From Hyperthermus butylicus DSM 5456 (GTDB lineage: Archaea > Thermoproteota > Thermoprotei_A > Sulfolobales > Pyrodictiaceae): a stretch of DNA of 32,000 bases. The stretch spans positions 720,001 through 752,000 of the forward strand of contig NC_008818.1 in assembly GCF_000015145.1 (NCBI RefSeq), written 5' to 3'. Below, piece by piece: positions 8,155 to 15,941 of this stretch (its first letter is position 1; every line of letters begins with the position of its first letter). Both the position numbers and the translations under genes were made by a program. A model generated the notes under the pieces. That model did no database searches. It was not told the DNA's origin and saw only the letters and a program-made list of their open reading frames with translations.

Positions 8155-8361
8155 CTCGTCGAGCTCGAGAAGCTGGAGGAGATAAACAAGAAGCTCGAAG
8201 AGCTACTAGGCAAGCTCCCAAGCATAGAGGAGGTAACAAAGGGGATCCAGCAGCTCCGCGAAGAGGCGAAGAAGGTAGAAAGCCTACGCAATGTGCTAGC
8301 AGGAGAGGAGGTACGCCAGCTCATAATGCGTAAGCCTGAGGAGGAGAAGCAAGGCGGCTAA
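8155..8361 (+). other. 68-codon stop-free, coiled-coil-like frame continuing in phase after the SPFH TAG stop
   Basis: In phase with the TAG at 8152-8154: LVELEKLEEINKKLEELLGKLPSIEEVTKGIQQLREEAKKVESLRNVLAGEEVRQLIMRKPEEEKQGG, with TAA at 8359-8361. Codon choice is GAG/AAG/CTC-rich like neighbouring genes. There is no in-frame ATG/GTG/TTG until GTG 8293, so it is not in the ORF track. Confidence 0.3.
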
Positions 8362-8553
8362 ACAAGAGGAGACATTCGGCGCAGAAGAGGCCATAGCAGA
8401 AGCCGGGGGAGGCTACACCACGCAGCCCCATCGGGCAGCCATGCGGCTGTGAGGAGGCTTGGAAGGGGCGAGCCTCCCTGGAGAGGCTGTGAGCGCAAGC
8501 GGGGAGCCGAGCCCCCACTGCACCCCACACTTTTACCCCCAGCCATTCCATAG

Positions 8554-9417
8554 ATGGGCCACGGTGAGCCCCTGGTATTGGCTTCCAGCGGTATCGCGCA
8601 GGGCTACCTGGCGAACATCCGTAGCCTCGTTGAGAGGGCCAGGGAGACAGACTACGTTATGCCCATCTGGCTCCCATACCTGCCACTACTGATAGTGCTT
8701 GCATCAATGTTCGGCATATTCATCGTTCTTGCTGCTTCGGAGGCTAAGCCGGTGTGGGAGATAAGGCATGGCGAGCCCGGTTTTGCGGTAGGCGAGTACA
8801 GCAGAGACAATGTCGAGTTCGCGCTCGATATCGGGGCCATATTCTTGTTCCTAGCCATGCTTATCGCTGGGCTAATAGTGCAAGCCTACGTCGTCTACAA
8901 ATGGATTGACCGGAGGAACAAGCATTTCGCTAGGACGCACGCCCTCTACGAGAACATTGTCGAGTACCTGGAGGCACTGGGTATCCAGGAGCCCGAGATA
9001 GCCCAGATGAGGAGCATCGTGCAGGAGATGAGGTACCGCGAGCCGCACCGCAGCCCAGTGCTCTGGTTGATACTCATCATAATCCCGGTAACAATTGTCA
9101 GCCTGATAGCCCAGCTCTACGTCTACCACTTCCTCACAAGAGACTACTACGAGCACGAGGTCCGGGAGCAGATGTTCTACCGGCAGCTCTCGGAGCTGCT
9201 TAAGCGCCACGGGGTATACCTTGAACCGCCGGAGCAGACCGTGCCAGACCGCAACACGGTCCTATACATTATACTGTCGATAGTCACGCTGGGCCTATTC
9301 TTCCTCTACTGGGTCTATGTGATGACGGAGGATCCCAACCGGCACTTCACAGCCCACAGCGGCGTAGAGCAGAACCTCATCCGCGCCCTCGAATCGCTAG
9401 CAGCACCAACAGCCTAA
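8554..9417 (+). CDS. multi-pass membrane protein with DUF4234-like repeats
   Basis: 287 aa with hydrophobic hairpins. Each hairpin is followed by a similar motif: YVVYKWIDRRNKHFARTH, YVYHFLTRDYYEHEV, YWVYVMTEDPNRHFTAH. The last segment, TLGLFFLYWVY, resembles the DUF4234 signature. Confidence 0.6.
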   Translation: MGHGEPLVLASSGIAQGYLANIRSLVERARETDYVMPIWLPYLPLLIVLASMFGIFIVLAASEAKPVWEIRHGEPGFAVGEYSRDNVEFALDIGAIFLFLAMLIAGLIVQAYVVYKWIDRRNKHFARTHALYENIVEYLEALGIQEPEIAQMRSIVQEMRYREPHRSPVLWLILIIIPVTIVSLIAQLYVYHFLTRDYYEHEVREQMFYRQLSELLKRHGVYLEPPEQTVPDRNTVLYIILSIVTLGLFFLYWVYVMTEDPNRHFTAHSGVEQNLIRALESLAAPTA

Positions 9418-9454
9418 ACCCGCATGTAGGGCCCTACGGCGCTGTTTTACCCTC

Positions 9455-10816
9455 CTACCCCTCCATCTCCCTCGCTATGTCCCGGTATGCTGGTATTAGG
9501 TTTGCAAGCTTCGTCCACGTCTCCCGGCAGTAGCTCTGCTCGGGTAGGGGCCTCGGCTCCGGTGTCGGAGCAGGGTCGATAGCTATTGTACAGTAGACCC
9601 TCGGTGCTATCTGCTCCTGCTCCTCCCAGTCGCCCTCCAGCACGCCTCTGCCTAGGAGGCGTCGTATCGCCTCACGGTACCTGGGGTGCACAGGTTTCGG
9701 CTTCGCCTTGGCGAAGGGGGTGCCTGGCAGGGGTATGAAGGTGTGGAGCCTCAGCTGCGCCCCCATCTCTGCTAGCTTGTACATCGCGTCCACAGTCTTC
9801 TCCACGGCCTCCTCGTCCTCGCCCGGTAGGCCGAACAGTATGTCCACCACGGGGCGGAACCCATAGCGGACCACTAGCTCCACTGCCTCGAAGACCTGCT
9901 CCACTGTGTGACCGCGGTCGGAGACCTCTAGCACCCTGTTGTCACCGCTCTGGAGCCCCAGGGCTATCCTCCGGTTGGCGGCGAGCCGCTTCACAACCTC
10001 TAGCACCTCGGGCGTCACGTACTCAGGCCGTGTCTCGCTAGGGAAGGTGCCCAGGTAGGGTATACCCCCGGCTCTCCGGACGGCGGTGAGGAGCTCCTCT
10101 ATCGCCTCCACGTTGGGCTCGCCGGGCCTCCTCGACATGTAGGCGAAACCTATCGGCGCCACGAACCGTATATGCTTCTTGCCGGCAGCCACGTAGTCCC
10201 TCACAGCCTCCTCCACAACACTGGGGCTACGGTACCTTACGCGGGCCTTGAAGAGCCATGGCACCTGGCAGAACCGGCACCGGAACGGGCACCCCCTCAT
10301 AATCTCTATCGGCGGGTACAACCTATACCTCCTACTATGCGGCATATAACTGTCCAGGTCCACCAGCTCGATCCTCGTAATGCGGAACCTTCCATCATCG
10401 CGGAGCGCTATGTTTGGCACATCATCGAGGCTCCTCTCGCCGAGAAAGTGCTCGGCAAGCGCCACTACCGTGTTCTCGCCGTCACCCACGACGGCTGCGT
10501 AGACGCCCATCCTTAGGAGCTGCCAGTAGGCGCCCTCAGCGTGGGGCCCGCCAACAACCACAGTGAATCTCGCAGTGTTGCGGGCTAGCTCTGGTAGCAG
10601 GTCGAGGAAAACAGGGCTGGAGAGACCGTAGAGCAGCACCACCCGGCGCCCACGCCTCTCAAGCTCCGCAGCAACAGTGGCGGGGTCCTCCTCGACGAGA
10701 ACCATGTCCACGCTGCGTCCGAGGAGCCCAGCAGCCTCTAGCGCTGAGGCTAGGTGTGCAAAGGCGTTCCGCGCGCCGTAGACGCTCCTAGCGACAAACA
10801 CTAGGTCGGCAGGCAT
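9455..10816 (-). CDS. radical SAM enzyme with an N-terminal B12-binding-like (Rossmann) domain
   Basis: 453 aa. It has the CX3CX2C cluster motif in IEIMRGCPFRCRFCQVP, followed by a TIM-barrel-like radical SAM core (GLQSGDNRVL, FGLPGEDEE). The N-terminal ~150 aa resemble the B12-binding-like domain seen in archaeal MJ_1487-type proteins. That family assignment is from memory, not a search. Confidence 0.85.
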   Translation of the reverse strand: MPADLVFVARSVYGARNAFAHLASALEAAGLLGRSVDMVLVEEDPATVAAELERRGRRVVLLYGLSSPVFLDLLPELARNTARFTVVVGGPHAEGAYWQLLRMGVYAAVVGDGENTVVALAEHFLGERSLDDVPNIALRDDGRFRITRIELVDLDSYMPHSRRYRLYPPIEIMRGCPFRCRFCQVPWLFKARVRYRSPSVVEEAVRDYVAAGKKHIRFVAPIGFAYMSRRPGEPNVEAIEELLTAVRRAGGIPYLGTFPSETRPEYVTPEVLEVVKRLAANRRIALGLQSGDNRVLEVSDRGHTVEQVFEAVELVVRYGFRPVVDILFGLPGEDEEAVEKTVDAMYKLAEMGAQLRLHTFIPLPGTPFAKAKPKPVHPRYREAIRRLLGRGVLEGDWEEQEQIAPRVYCTIAIDPAPTPEPRPLPEQSYCRETWTKLANLIPAYRDIAREMEG

Positions 10817-11016
10817 CCCCGGCCAGCACCCTCCCAGCAGTTCTCCAGGCTAGTGGAGGGCTATGCGGCAACCGTCTATGCATGTATCGTAGCCCAGCAG
10901 CTGCCACCGTCTACGCGGCAGGCTGCTGTACGGCTGCTGTGGGGGTTACAGCTGGTTTAATTGCCTCCCCACAAGTATCCCACAGAAAGGTAACGATTTA
11001 AGGTGACTTTGATGTC

Positions 11017-11487
11017 GTGGCCGTCCAGACACTATTCCTCGAGGAGCTAATGGGCCCCATAGGCCGCCTACTCTTCCTAGTAGCAGCCTGGCTCCTCATA
11101 TGGAATACACAGATGACCGTGGCTGAGGCCCTGGTGAGGGATCTAACCAACGGCCTCTACCTAGCCTTCGACAAGGTGAGGAGGTGGGCTGGGAAGGACG
11201 TCATGAAGCTGTATTTCACCATGTGGTCAATCTACATAGCGGTATCATTCATCCTCATAGCACTACAGTACTTTGTGCCGGGTGCAAACCCCTTCGCCTA
11301 CGTAAAGCTGGCAGCATTGCTATCCTTCCCGCCGATAATACTCTCATCACTCTACGCGGCTGTGGTGTTGCTGCGCTTCAAGAAGCTCCTGGACAAGCCG
11401 CTGCTAGGCCTACTCAAGCCTAACAAGCTAGCGGTCATGGCGCTGGCGGCAGCGGTATACATGGCTGTAGCGGGGGTAATCGCCTGA
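11017..11487 (+). CDS. small integral membrane protein (about 4 TM segments), function unknown
   Basis: 156-aa ORF starting at GTG with strongly hydrophobic segments (LLFLVAAWLLIW, WSIYIAVSFILIALQYF, LAALLSFPPIILSSLYAAVVLL, AVMALAAAVYMAVAGVIA). Convergent with the downstream radical SAM gene; the two stops are 8 nt apart. Confidence 0.55.
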   Translation: MAVQTLFLEELMGPIGRLLFLVAAWLLIWNTQMTVAEALVRDLTNGLYLAFDKVRRWAGKDVMKLYFTMWSIYIAVSFILIALQYFVPGANPFAYVKLAALLSFPPIILSSLYAAVVLLRFKKLLDKPLLGLLKPNKLAVMALAAAVYMAVAGVIA

Positions 11488-11494
11488 GCCTCCT

Positions 11495-13054
11495 CTAGCC
11501 CCCACCATGTTCCACGCTGTTCCCATTCTCCGCCTCGGCCGTCGAGTAGGTGTAGGCCCGTTCTAGCGCCTTCAGTGGCAGGCCCAGCCTCACCAGGCGG
11601 TGCCAGCGGGGCTCAACAGGGCCGTAGGCGTAGCGGTCTAGGTTCACGCCGAGGCGCCTGGCTGCCGTCCATAGCTGGCCTAGGCGGCCTCCCAGCCGGG
11701 CCCACTCGTCGACGAGCCTGGCGACCGTCTCGTCGCCCCTCGCAATCACCGTCTGGGCGTAGGCGTACCTGTAGCTCAGCGGCTCCACCGTCAGCACCTT
11801 GCTCTGGGCGCGGCGGAGGATCCTCACGCGGCGCTCGTAGGTGGCCCGGTCTATCAGCCGGTGGAACTGCATTGGTGTGTGGGGCTTCGGCACCATGGGG
11901 TTAACCGTGACCCGGATCGCCTCCCGGACCGGCGGCGCCCGCCTACTCAGCTTCTTCAGGGCCTCCGCGTACTCCTCCACGTCGCGGTCCGTCTCGCCCG
12001 GGAGGCCCAGCATGAAGTAGAGCTTGACGTGCATCCTCCGGGCCCAAGCCCACCCCGCGATCTCCTCCACCCTGTCGTAGCCTATGCATTTCCCTATGCC
12101 CCTGCAGAGCCGGGGGCTCAGCGTCTCCGGCGCAACCGTGACCACCCTCTGGCCAGCCCGCGCCAGGAGCTCCACACGGTCCTCGTTCAGCGTGTCGGCG
12201 CGTAGGCTCCCGATACTCGCCTCCAAACCCTCCCCGATCACGTGCTCGAGCAGCCTGTCGGCGGCGGGGTGGTCGAAGAAGCTCAGCGCGTAGAACGCGA
12301 CGCGCCGCACACCGTTAGCCTCGACGCCCCGCTCAATCAGCTCCAGGAGCCTGCCGAGGCTGCGGTATCGCAGAGGCATGAGGAAGTGGGCCTCCATGCA
12401 GAACCTGCACATGTAGGGGCAGCCACGGCTAGCCTCAACCATGTAGGCTTCGCCCCAGGGCTCCCCGCTCCCCGGCACACGGAACTGCACAGTTGAGTGG
12501 AAGGCTGAGTCGAGATCGCGCACAACAACCTTCTCGACCCCCTCGCAGCCCGGCGCCAGGAAGCCAGGCCTACACTCGAGCTCCTCCAGCGCCCTCCACG
12601 GCCCGTGCTCGTAGGCCTTCTCGGCGAGGAGAGGCAGGAGGGGCTCAGCCTCGCCAACCGCGACCAGGTCCGCAAACTCCAGAGCAACAACCGGGTTCAT
12701 GCTCGCGACGGGCCCACCCACAACAACCAGGGGGCCCTCGCCGCGCCTCATCTCTCTGCGGAGCAGGGGGAGCCCAGCAGCGTGGAACAGCCTGCCAAGC
12801 GTCACATAGTCCAGCTCATAGCTCACCGGGACAACCACGACATCGAACTCCCTTAGCGGCCGCCCAGTCTCAAGGCTGCGGGGAGCCGGCTCCGGCCCAG
12901 CCATCGACCTGGCCACTATACGCTCGGCATACACGTACTCGAGACTGTTGAGCAGATAGTACATGTTCTGGTAGGCGAGGCTAGCCACAGCAGCCTCGTA
13001 TATGGCAGGGTATAACAGCCCGACACGGAGACAGTCCCGGCACCGCTTAACCAC
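11495..13054 (-). CDS. radical SAM enzyme (TIGR03960-like uncharacterised family)
   Basis: 519 aa. It has the CX3CX2C motif in EASRGCPYMCRFCMEAH. The N-terminus RVGLLYPAIYEAAVASLAYQNMYYLLN matches the characteristic start of the large uncharacterised radical SAM family, followed by FMLGLPGETDRDVEE. The family name is recalled, not searched. Confidence 0.85.
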   Translation of the reverse strand: MVKRCRDCLRVGLLYPAIYEAAVASLAYQNMYYLLNSLEYVYAERIVARSMAGPEPAPRSLETGRPLREFDVVVVPVSYELDYVTLGRLFHAAGLPLLRREMRRGEGPLVVVGGPVASMNPVVALEFADLVAVGEAEPLLPLLAEKAYEHGPWRALEELECRPGFLAPGCEGVEKVVVRDLDSAFHSTVQFRVPGSGEPWGEAYMVEASRGCPYMCRFCMEAHFLMPLRYRSLGRLLELIERGVEANGVRRVAFYALSFFDHPAADRLLEHVIGEGLEASIGSLRADTLNEDRVELLARAGQRVVTVAPETLSPRLCRGIGKCIGYDRVEEIAGWAWARRMHVKLYFMLGLPGETDRDVEEYAEALKKLSRRAPPVREAIRVTVNPMVPKPHTPMQFHRLIDRATYERRVRILRRAQSKVLTVEPLSYRYAYAQTVIARGDETVARLVDEWARLGGRLGQLWTAARRLGVNLDRYAYGPVEPRWHRLVRLGLPLKALERAYTYSTAEAENGNSVEHGGG

Positions 13055-13186
13055 AACACCATGCTCACGCAGCAGGAACCACCCACGCTAGTATCCGAGA
13101 GCCAGCTACACTTGTACCCCTAATAGCATAGCAGCTGCTGGAAGAGAAGGGCTTGTGGCTGCAGCGTTTCTACTGCTACCACTACA

Positions 13187-14209
13187 TCACCATGCGGGTG
13201 TGCCCAGTTGGCCCTGCAGATGTTTCCGCAATAGTATGCGGTATGCTGGGAGCTGCCATGCATAGTACCTGCCAATGCCTAGCTCTTGGTTGGCGGGTAT
13301 GGATTCGCCTGTCAGCGTGGCTATAGCCTTGTATATGAGGAGATTGTGTTCCACGAGAAGCTGGCCTACCTGCTGGAGCCCCGGCGTGGCACTAGTGATA
13401 ATGCTATCTGGATCCTCGAGCACCTCGCGGAGCTCAGCTAGGAGCCCGCGTGCCTTAGCCTCGGCGAGTACCGGCACGATAATACTGGCGTCGAGATCCC
13501 TAAGCCACGCCTTGATGTTCCACTGGTAGACAGTGGCGATCTGTATAAGAGCCCTGGGATTACCACCCGTAAACCTCCAAACATCCCCAACGAGTTCCGT
13601 GCCGGGAGCCCCGAGAAGCCCTGCAAGCTCCTCGAAGCCCTCACGGGGCAGACCCCATAGAAGCTTCACTGACACCCATGTAGGGTGGCGCTTCAGCTTC
13701 TCCAGGCTCAAGCCCTCACTCGTAGATGCAACCACGAGCACCGATGCTGGATTCTTCTCGGCCAGATCATACTCCACGAGCCTTAGAAGACTCTTAACAT
13801 AAGCCTCGACAGAGTCGAGACCCAGAGGCCGAGCAACATCGTCCACAACAATAACAACATGCCTCCCCTCAACAAGTCTCCTCTCAATACTTGCCAATAC
13901 ACGGGCGACAGCATAGACGAGTATAACACCCAGCGGCCCGCCGCCAGCGCTGCGCACAGCATCCAGAATCAGGCGGCGAAGCTCATCCGACCCGGCAACA
14001 GCACGTCCAGGATCACGCTCCTCCAGGGCATCAATATATGCTACCAGATAGCTGCTATGCTCCCTCAGCCGGGCAACAAGCTCCCTCAACAGCCTAGTCT
14101 TGCCACAGCCCTCCGGCCCATATAGGTAGATCGGGACCCCAGAGCCGCGCTCGGCAAGCCCGAGAAGGATGGACAGCTCAGCAGCCCTGTCAACAAATCT
14201 AACATACAC
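13187..14209 (-). CDS. archaeal-type AAA+/STAND-like ATPase (Arch_ATPase-like)
   Basis: ORF 13187..14449. FVDRAAELSILL..., Walker A YLYGPEGCGKTRLL, Walker B HVVIVVDDV, and a later FTGGNPRAL motif. The first ~80 codons of the long ORF (MSVDIWPHGVCILAES...) look non-native. In-frame GTG 14209 (VYVRFVDR...) or ATG 14317 are more plausible starts. Confidence 0.8.
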   Translation of the reverse strand: MYVRFVDRAAELSILLGLAERGSGVPIYLYGPEGCGKTRLLRELVARLREHSSYLVAYIDALEERDPGRAVAGSDELRRLILDAVRSAGGGPLGVILVYAVARVLASIERRLVEGRHVVIVVDDVARPLGLDSVEAYVKSLLRLVEYDLAEKNPASVLVVASTSEGLSLEKLKRHPTWVSVKLLWGLPREGFEELAGLLGAPGTELVGDVWRFTGGNPRALIQIATVYQWNIKAWLRDLDASIIVPVLAEAKARGLLAELREVLEDPDSIITSATPGLQQVGQLLVEHNLLIYKAIATLTGESIPANQELGIGRYYAWQLPAYRILLRKHLQGQLGTPAW

Positions 14210-14449
14210 CCCTAAACCACCTGGCCAGCGGGACGCCAGGGCATGAAGTCCTCGTGGACGCCCAGGGGAGAGACCTACAAGGCCTTCACGCTTATACCTT
14301 CCCCTACACCCCTCCATGCATTGAGGAGTATCAACTCTTGGAGGGCCCCCTAATAGACCTCTAGTACCGCTAGCCGGGGCGAGCCGCCAGGTACTATAGC
14401 GGGATTCAGCAAGTATACATACTCCGTGTGGCCAGATGTCAACCGACAT

Positions 14450-14668
14450 ATGCGGCGGTGTACGGCTGTACCCGGGTTGTGGAGAGGTTTGCTCCTAGCC
14501 ACACTATGCGTGTCCCTCCTCGTCCAAGCCTTCCCACTGCATGCTGTGGCGATGGGCGAGAGTCTGTCCAGGGGCTCGGTGCTCCAGTACGTGCTCTCCA
14601 CGAACGAAACTGAGGGCTCCGTCACCCTGAACGTTACAGCAAGTAGTAGACAATATTATAGCCGTTGA
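14450..14668 (+). CDS. candidate small secreted protein (signal-peptide-like N-terminus), speculative
   Basis: From ATG 14450: MRRCTAVPGLWRGLLLATLCVSLLVQAFPLHAVA / MGESLSRGSVLQYVLSTNETEGSVTLNVTASS... The layout is a basic n-region, a hydrophobic core and an AxA-like end, then two N-x-T sequons. It overlaps, on the antisense strand, the non-PIN-like tail of ORF 14504..14839. Confidence 0.25.
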   Translation: MRRCTAVPGLWRGLLLATLCVSLLVQAFPLHAVAMGESLSRGSVLQYVLSTNETEGSVTLNVTASSRQYYSR

Positions 14669-14954
14669 GGACGCTGCTGTGCACACTATGCCTTCGACGG
14701 TGTATCCGTGCTCTCTGAGGAGCTCTATGAAGTTGTGGTCTATAATTAGCAGGGGGATGTTCTCAGTCCTGGCAGCTGCATAGTGTAGCGCGTCGATGTA
14801 GTTGCGGTGCCCTGCATGGTATATCCTGGCGGCCCCCATTACGCCTTAGCCGCGGCACGTAGGTCGTGGGTTCTGCGAATAACCCTAATCCATATCCCTG
14901 CACTGCCAAGCCTGCGATGCAGTCCAGGGTCTACGGCTATAGATAAGGGCTCAT
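14504..14954 (-). pseudogene. degenerate PIN-domain remnant with a disrupted upstream small frame
   Basis: ORF 14504..14839 contains only a C-terminal PIN-like piece (NYIDALHYAAARTENIPLLIIDHNFIELLREHGY) followed by a non-native tail. Upstream, ATG 14954 (MSPYL*) needs one extra C in the ccc run at 14947-14949 to read MSPLSIAVDPGLHRRLGSAGIWIRVIRRTHDLRAAAKA*. The TAA of that frame overlaps ATG 14839 as TAATG. Confidence 0.4.
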
Positions 14955-14974
14955 GAGGGTGAGTTGGGGTCCGT

Positions 14975-15444
14975 CTACCTTAGTCTTGGCAGTATCTCCT
15001 CCCACGACGGGACCGCTGGGGGTTTGGGTGCTCCACGGGTGTTCTGTAGACTGTGGAGCTCCCTATCCTCTGTTAGGAGTACAGCGTTGTAGTAGCATGC
15101 CGTGGCGTATATCATGCGGTCGAAGTAGTCCCTGACGCCCATTGCGAGCAGCTTGTCGGCCACCTCATCTACAGCACTATTCGTGGTTATCGTCTCGTGC
15201 AGCCTATCCTCGGCTTCTAGTGTTTCGAGCCCCGCCCGGTACTCTGCGAGTAGCCTCTCACGGAGATCGGGGCTGCGCCTGGCCAGCCGGAGAATTATCC
15301 ACTTAGCCTCTACGAGGAGGAGCGGCGTATAGTAAACCTCGTATGCGTCCAGGAGCCGGGGAAAGAGCTTCTCATAGTCTCGGAGTCTTACTTAACGCCA
15401 AGGACCGGGAGGAGATAGGTAGTGTCGAGGAGCAGCCTAGCCAT
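14975..15444 (-). pseudogene. vapC: PIN-domain VapC-like toxin with a 1-nt frameshift
   Basis: ATG 15444 gives MARLLLDTTYLLPVLGVK and then TAA at 15390-15388. A second frame, open from 15391, reads VRLRDYEKLFPRLLDAYEVYYTPLLLVEAKWIILRLARRSPDLRERLL...VADKLLAMGVRDYFDRMIYATACYYNAVLLTEDRELHSLQ... to the TAG at 14975. Joined length is about 156 aa, colinear with the intact paralogue at 2831..3268. The ORF track shows only the last 62 aa. Confidence 0.75.
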
Positions 15445-15742
15445 AAACCCCCTCCTCTGCCTGGGCCTCCTCGCTGAGCCTCTCAGCCCCCCCAGGCTCG
15501 AGCTCGACAACTGTACGCCGGATCTTCTCCTCAAGCGGGGTAACAGGCTTTATAACAAGCTTATCGCCGACAATGTAAGCCCTAACAACAACCCCCTCTC
15601 TAATGCCGAGCCTCTCACGAAGCTCCCTCGTAGTATAGATCTCGCCGCGCCTCCCGACACGCAGAGTAAACGCCTCCACAGCAGCCGGAACCCCCGACAC
15701 ACCGTAGACGCGTCGGAATAGTATAAACCTGCTCTGAAGCAC
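15437..15742 (-). CDS. vapB: AbrB/SpoVT-type antitoxin, VapB-like
   Basis: FTLRVGRRGEIYTTRELRERLGIREGVVVRAYIVGDKLVIKPV is the AbrB-type fold signature. Its stop (TAG 15439-15437) overlaps the ATG 15444 of the downstream PIN frame (ATGGCTAG, an 8-nt overlap). The start may be an internal GTG. Confidence 0.75.
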   Translation of the reverse strand: MLQSRFILFRRVYGVSGVPAAVEAFTLRVGRRGEIYTTRELRERLGIREGVVVRAYIVGDKLVIKPVTPLEEKIRRTVVELEPGGAERLSEEAQAEEGVYG

Positions 15743-15941
15743 AGCTCCTCCACCGGCAGGCTAGAGAGATGATCAGAATAATACTATCCACGCCTCGAAG
15801 CGGCAGCGCCAACACATGGAGACACCGTAGCACAGGCTGCAGGGTACCGCGTAGACGGGGCCATAGCACGACCCCTCGGGGCCGGGAGCGACAGCACTAA
15901 CACTCTGAAATGCTATGGTGGCGTCTGTATCCATGCCCTCC

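Noticed and set aside
7740-8324. 194-aa Ser-rich minus-strand ORF, and the 108-aa ORF 7913..8239.
   Set aside because: They are antisense shadows of the GAG/AAG/GCT-rich SPFH gene and its in-phase extension. Their composition is low-complexity Ser/Ala with no motifs.
11575-12951. Plus-strand and off-frame ORFs (109-152 aa) overlapping the 519-aa radical SAM gene.
   Set aside because: Same reasoning: they are Arg/Pro/Ser-rich shadow frames within a strongly supported gene.
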